64,000 bases of DNA from contig NC_045707.1 of assembly GCF_009834535.1 (NCBI RefSeq), forward strand, positions 3,720,001 through 3,784,000. Direction: 5' to 3'. Made by a program: the position numbers and the translations under genes. Numbering within the stretch: position 1 is the first letter of the stretch; every line of letters begins with the position of its first letter. The notes beneath the pieces were generated by a model, which searched no databases, was not told where the DNA came from, and saw only the letters and a program-made list of their open reading frames with translations. Of the stretch, positions 60,339 to 64,000 are shown one piece after another. The stretch is from Camelus ferus (lineage: Eukaryota).

Positions 60339-60437
60339 CAGTGTTTCCGAAGTGGTGCCTCCGAGCCTGCTGTGTTCCTCAGAAGCAGCATCTCTTGAAA
60401 AGACAGTTTTGTGGGAAAGCAAGTTTGGGAAACACTG
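60339..60437. mobile_element. 99-bp hAT-Charlie-like MITE
   Basis: Perfect 10-bp terminal inverted repeats CAGTGTTTCC / GGAAACACTG; no TSD preserved. Confidence 0.55.
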
Positions 60438-63400
60438 CTTTCCACTTTTTCTTTTTAGACATGCAGGGCCTTTTAGGGTGTTACAAGCGCTAACTGCTGC
60501 TATTAAGAAATGGATCTTTAAAATATTTATCTCCAACTCCTCTTTCTCCTCCTTCTTCTCCTAACTCCTTTCCTCTGACTCTGGTCCTTTTCTCTCCTCC
60601 GTCCTTTCTCCTAAGAGTCAAGAGCTCTGAGCCACGGAGGGCCTGGACATGCCTTAGGGCACAGTCCTCAGTTCCTTTGTCCCCTCAGTCCCCACCCAGA
60701 TCCCTACCTCCCCTACGCACGCCCTTGACCTAAGCTGCAGCCAGGTTTACTCTCCCCAGCCCCGCTGAGCTGCCCAAACCCAGCAGGCCAAGCCTGGCCC
60801 ACGGGACACCTTGCCTGTTGGCTAAGGCCTAGGGCCTCCTCGTCTCCCACCTCGTTCACCATTCCAGCAGGACATCATCTGCTGTGAGCTCTTTCTCACC
60901 GTCCTCCGTGGCGCCGGCACAGAGATGATGCGCGTGATGCAAGTGGGTGAATGGCGTGCGGGTCAGTGAACACGTGCATGCGGTGAGTTGTGGTGCTGCT
61001 GAGTTAGGCGGCTCTGGGTTTGGATACTGGCACCCCTGCTTACCGGCTGTGTGCCCTTGGAAAATGGCTTAATGTCTCTGAAGCTCAGTTTCCTTCCAGG
61101 TCGGGGTAGGATTAAACCAGATACTGTATGTAAACACTCAGGACAGTGCCTGGCACATTACGGGGCTCAGCAAATAGAAGCTATTGTTATCAGCATCTCT
61201 GGCATCTGCCCCAAAGGGAGGCCGTTGGTTGACCTTGGGTTTGATAGTAGCCATTGCTTCTTGTCCTAAGTGCTGTGATCACTAACCTTGGAGGCTGGCA
61301 GAGCAAGGGCAGGATCATCATCCCATGAAACAAAAGCAGAAAGGGAAGCGATCGATTGTGATTGGCTGAGGTCACGTGACTGTTTGGTCTCACAACTTGG
61401 TCTCTCTGCCAGGACTCCTTGCCCCAGGTTTCCTGAGGACCCACCCTTGGCAAAGCTCTGCTGTCTGTGTAGTTGTCAAGGGGGGCAAGTGCTCAGCTTG
61501 TCTTTGGGGAGCTTGTGGACCAGTTGGGAGTTGGTTCATTCATTCAGACTTTCCCACACACCTGTTAGGCAACATAGTGCAGACATGTGTGTGGATGAAG
61601 AGAGTGGTGAAGGTGGAGGGAAAAAATGAAGCATATGGGAGGACCAAGCATGGCCTTTTTGAGAGGGGACCCTTTGTGTTGCCCCTGGAGGGGCTGCTCC
61701 TCCGAGCAACAGCAGGGCATCTTGTGGGGAGGGGCTGTCCAGGTTGCCCAGTTTAGGAGGTGACTGGGAAACCTGGGTCTTCTCATTATGGATTCCCTGT
61801 CATTTCACTCTGTCATCCAGGGCTTTAGCCAGGACCAGGGCCGTGGATGCCAAAGGGCAGGGGCTGGGCAGGCTGGGTGGGAGTGGAGCCCAGGACGCTC
61901 ATTTGAGGTTGGCACGGTGAGTGCACCCCTGTTCTCACAAGGCTACCTCTGTCCCCTGACAGTGAAAATGGGTGATCTAATGGGATTTCAGTGTTTATGT
62001 GAACTCAGAGGGGCTTCCTCGCAAAAAGATTACCCTATCTTTCGACGATGTCAGTTCATAATGAAAAAGGGAACTGAGTGATGACCCAGAGCCAGAGAGT
62101 CCAGGGTTCAAATCCAGTCCTTGCCCCACTAACCAGCAGTGGGATCGAGACAGTCACGTCATCTTCCTCCACCTCAGTTTGCTAGTCTGGAAAATGAGGA
62201 GAACACTCCCTGCCTCATGGGAAGGTTGCAGAGGTGAAAGAAAGGTGGAATGCAGGTGCTTGGCACAGTGCCTGGGACAAAAGGTAGGCATGATAATTGC
62301 CTTCTCTCAGTCACCTCAGTGGCCGCTCCATGTCCAGCATTTTCCTGGTCGTATTGGGTAGAATAATGCCTTGGATGTAGTGCACCCAGGAAAACCTCTT
62401 CCCTTTCCAGGGGCAAGACTTGCATTTACTGCAATAAGAGCAAAGGACATGGGCACAGCCTGTGGGTGTGCCCCCTGCCAAGGTGCTTTGGTTCAGGCAG
62501 AAAGTGTAATGTATGTCCATGAGGCTGCCAGGCAGGGAAATTTTGTATTCAGATGGTAGGCTGAGAAGTCAAGAGTTTGAAAGTCTCCTGTTTGGGACTA
62601 GAACCCTGAATGGAAGTCTCTGTGCCTCAGTTTTGGCAAGTGCAGTGGGAGGAGCTGCTCCCGACTCTGCCAAGGTCCTGACTCTGCTGTGTGACTTGGG
62701 GCAAGTCAGCCACCCTCTCTGGGCTCTCTCGTTCCTCAATCTGTACAATGAGGGATTTGGCCCCTGAGATCTTTGTGGGTGCTTTCAGATTTACTGTCAG
62801 AGGTTTTAGGGTTCTATAGGAAAATGCTCACATCTGGTTTTGTCTCCTGGAGGCAGCTGCTAAGGGCTGGACATGTGAGCACATAGCAGGTGCTCAGTAA
62901 GTGCTTTTTGAATCTGTTGAATCTCACTGACCAGAGAGAGAACCCACTAAGAGCCCTGCCCCACTTCTCCTCTCCCCAAAGAGCCTGTCTGCTGGCCTGG
63001 GTCACAGGTCCTGTTAGCCCTTTGCAGGCGGGGCCCACAGTTCGCTCTCCATGGTTAGCCATTTACTCATTTGTTCTAACGCACACAGATGCCACAGACA
63101 AACCTGCACAGAGGGAGATAAAACTTCAGATTGCAGATGGAGTAAATAAATGTTTCCTTCTCATGGCTCTTAGGATCAAAATCCCAAATCTTTAGCCTGA
63201 TCTGGCATGACTCGGCCCCATTCTCATCCAAGACTCCAGCCAGAGTGGCCACCCTCTACCTCCCTAAACGCAGTCCTCTGAGCTCCCCCAAATGGTCTCC
63301 CTCCACGGAACCTGCTTCCACCATCACCTCATTGGCTTCCCCTTTGCACTTAGCCTATAGATCTGCAGTCACCTCCCCAACCCTCCAGCATCACCTTTTC

Positions 63401-63703
63401 TCTCTGACAGCCCCTCAGTCTTTTCCTTCAGAGCAGTCACTGCAACTTATGATTATATATTTATTGTGAGAGTAGTTATTTACTGTCTCTCCTCCCACAA
63501 GGATGTCAGCTTCATGAACCCTTGGTGATCAGCTGAGTGCCAGGCACACCAGACATGCCGAATGAATGAATGAATGAATGGACAGCCTCGTGGGGAGGAC
63601 GGGAGAGGCAAGGGGTGGTGGGAGGCCTGGAGAGGTGACAAAAGCGAGGAGGGAGGTTGAGGGTCAGAGGAGGAAACTTGTCCAGGGATGGAGGCAGGCA
63701 TCT

Positions 63704-63745
63704 ACTTTTTTTAAAGTTATTAATATTTTTAATTGAAGTATAGTC
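63704..63745 (-). mobile_element. 42-bp, extremely 5'-truncated L1 insertion
   Basis: Minus strand GACTATACTTCAATTAAAAA + AT-rich tail; perfect 14-bp TSD GGAGGCAGGCATCT at 63690-63703 and 63746-63759. Confidence 0.78.
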
Positions 63746-64000
63746 GGAGGCAGGCATCTTGATTCCCAGTCCACTGCTCTTCTTCCTTCTGGAACTTGGG
63801 GCGCCTGGAGGGATAGTCTGGGTTTAGTGGGACACCAAGTCCCTGAGGACCTAGAGAAGGGGAAGAGGAGGGGACAGGGCATCTGAGCCAGCTCCCCAGC
63901 CTGCTCCACCCTTTCCCCCAGCAGGCAGGAAGGACAGGGCAGATCTGTCAGCTTCAGACACCACTGCCCCGGGGGACCCAGCCCTGAGCCCAAGGAGGCT

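Overview
Eukaryotic (mammalian) genomic DNA, not prokaryotic. The window holds the conserved syntenic block MICALL1 (+, 16 exons, ~0.7-25.6 kb), C22orf23/EVG1 (-, ~25.5-32.0 kb), POLR2F (+, 32.1-40.8 kb) and SOX10 (-, ~44.5-55.0 kb, plus ~9 kb upstream), as on human 22q13.1. Four copies of a tRNA-Ala-derived SINE of the camelid Vic-1 type, and no Alu/Bov-tA/PRE1 that I could see, point to a camel, alpaca or llama genome (inference). Introns carry MIR, L2, L3/CR1, L1 and hAT/MER remnants and microsatellites. I found no convincing undescribed biological system. The main anomalies are: (i) two +1 frameshifts in MICALL1 exons 5 and 8, most likely assembly errors; (ii) an apparent stop loss (TAA>TTA) extending C22orf23 by 56 aa; (iii) nine N-runs, of which the three testable ones (in SOX10 coding sequence) preserve frame and near-exact expected length, so the runs look like masks over conserved sequence and the non-coding ones flag candidate SOX10 regulatory elements; (iv) an RFX X-box/NRF1/ETS bidirectional promoter, a MICALL1/C22orf23 tail-to-tail overlap and a putative mirtron ortholog. 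All comparisons with human proteins are from memory, not from a database search.
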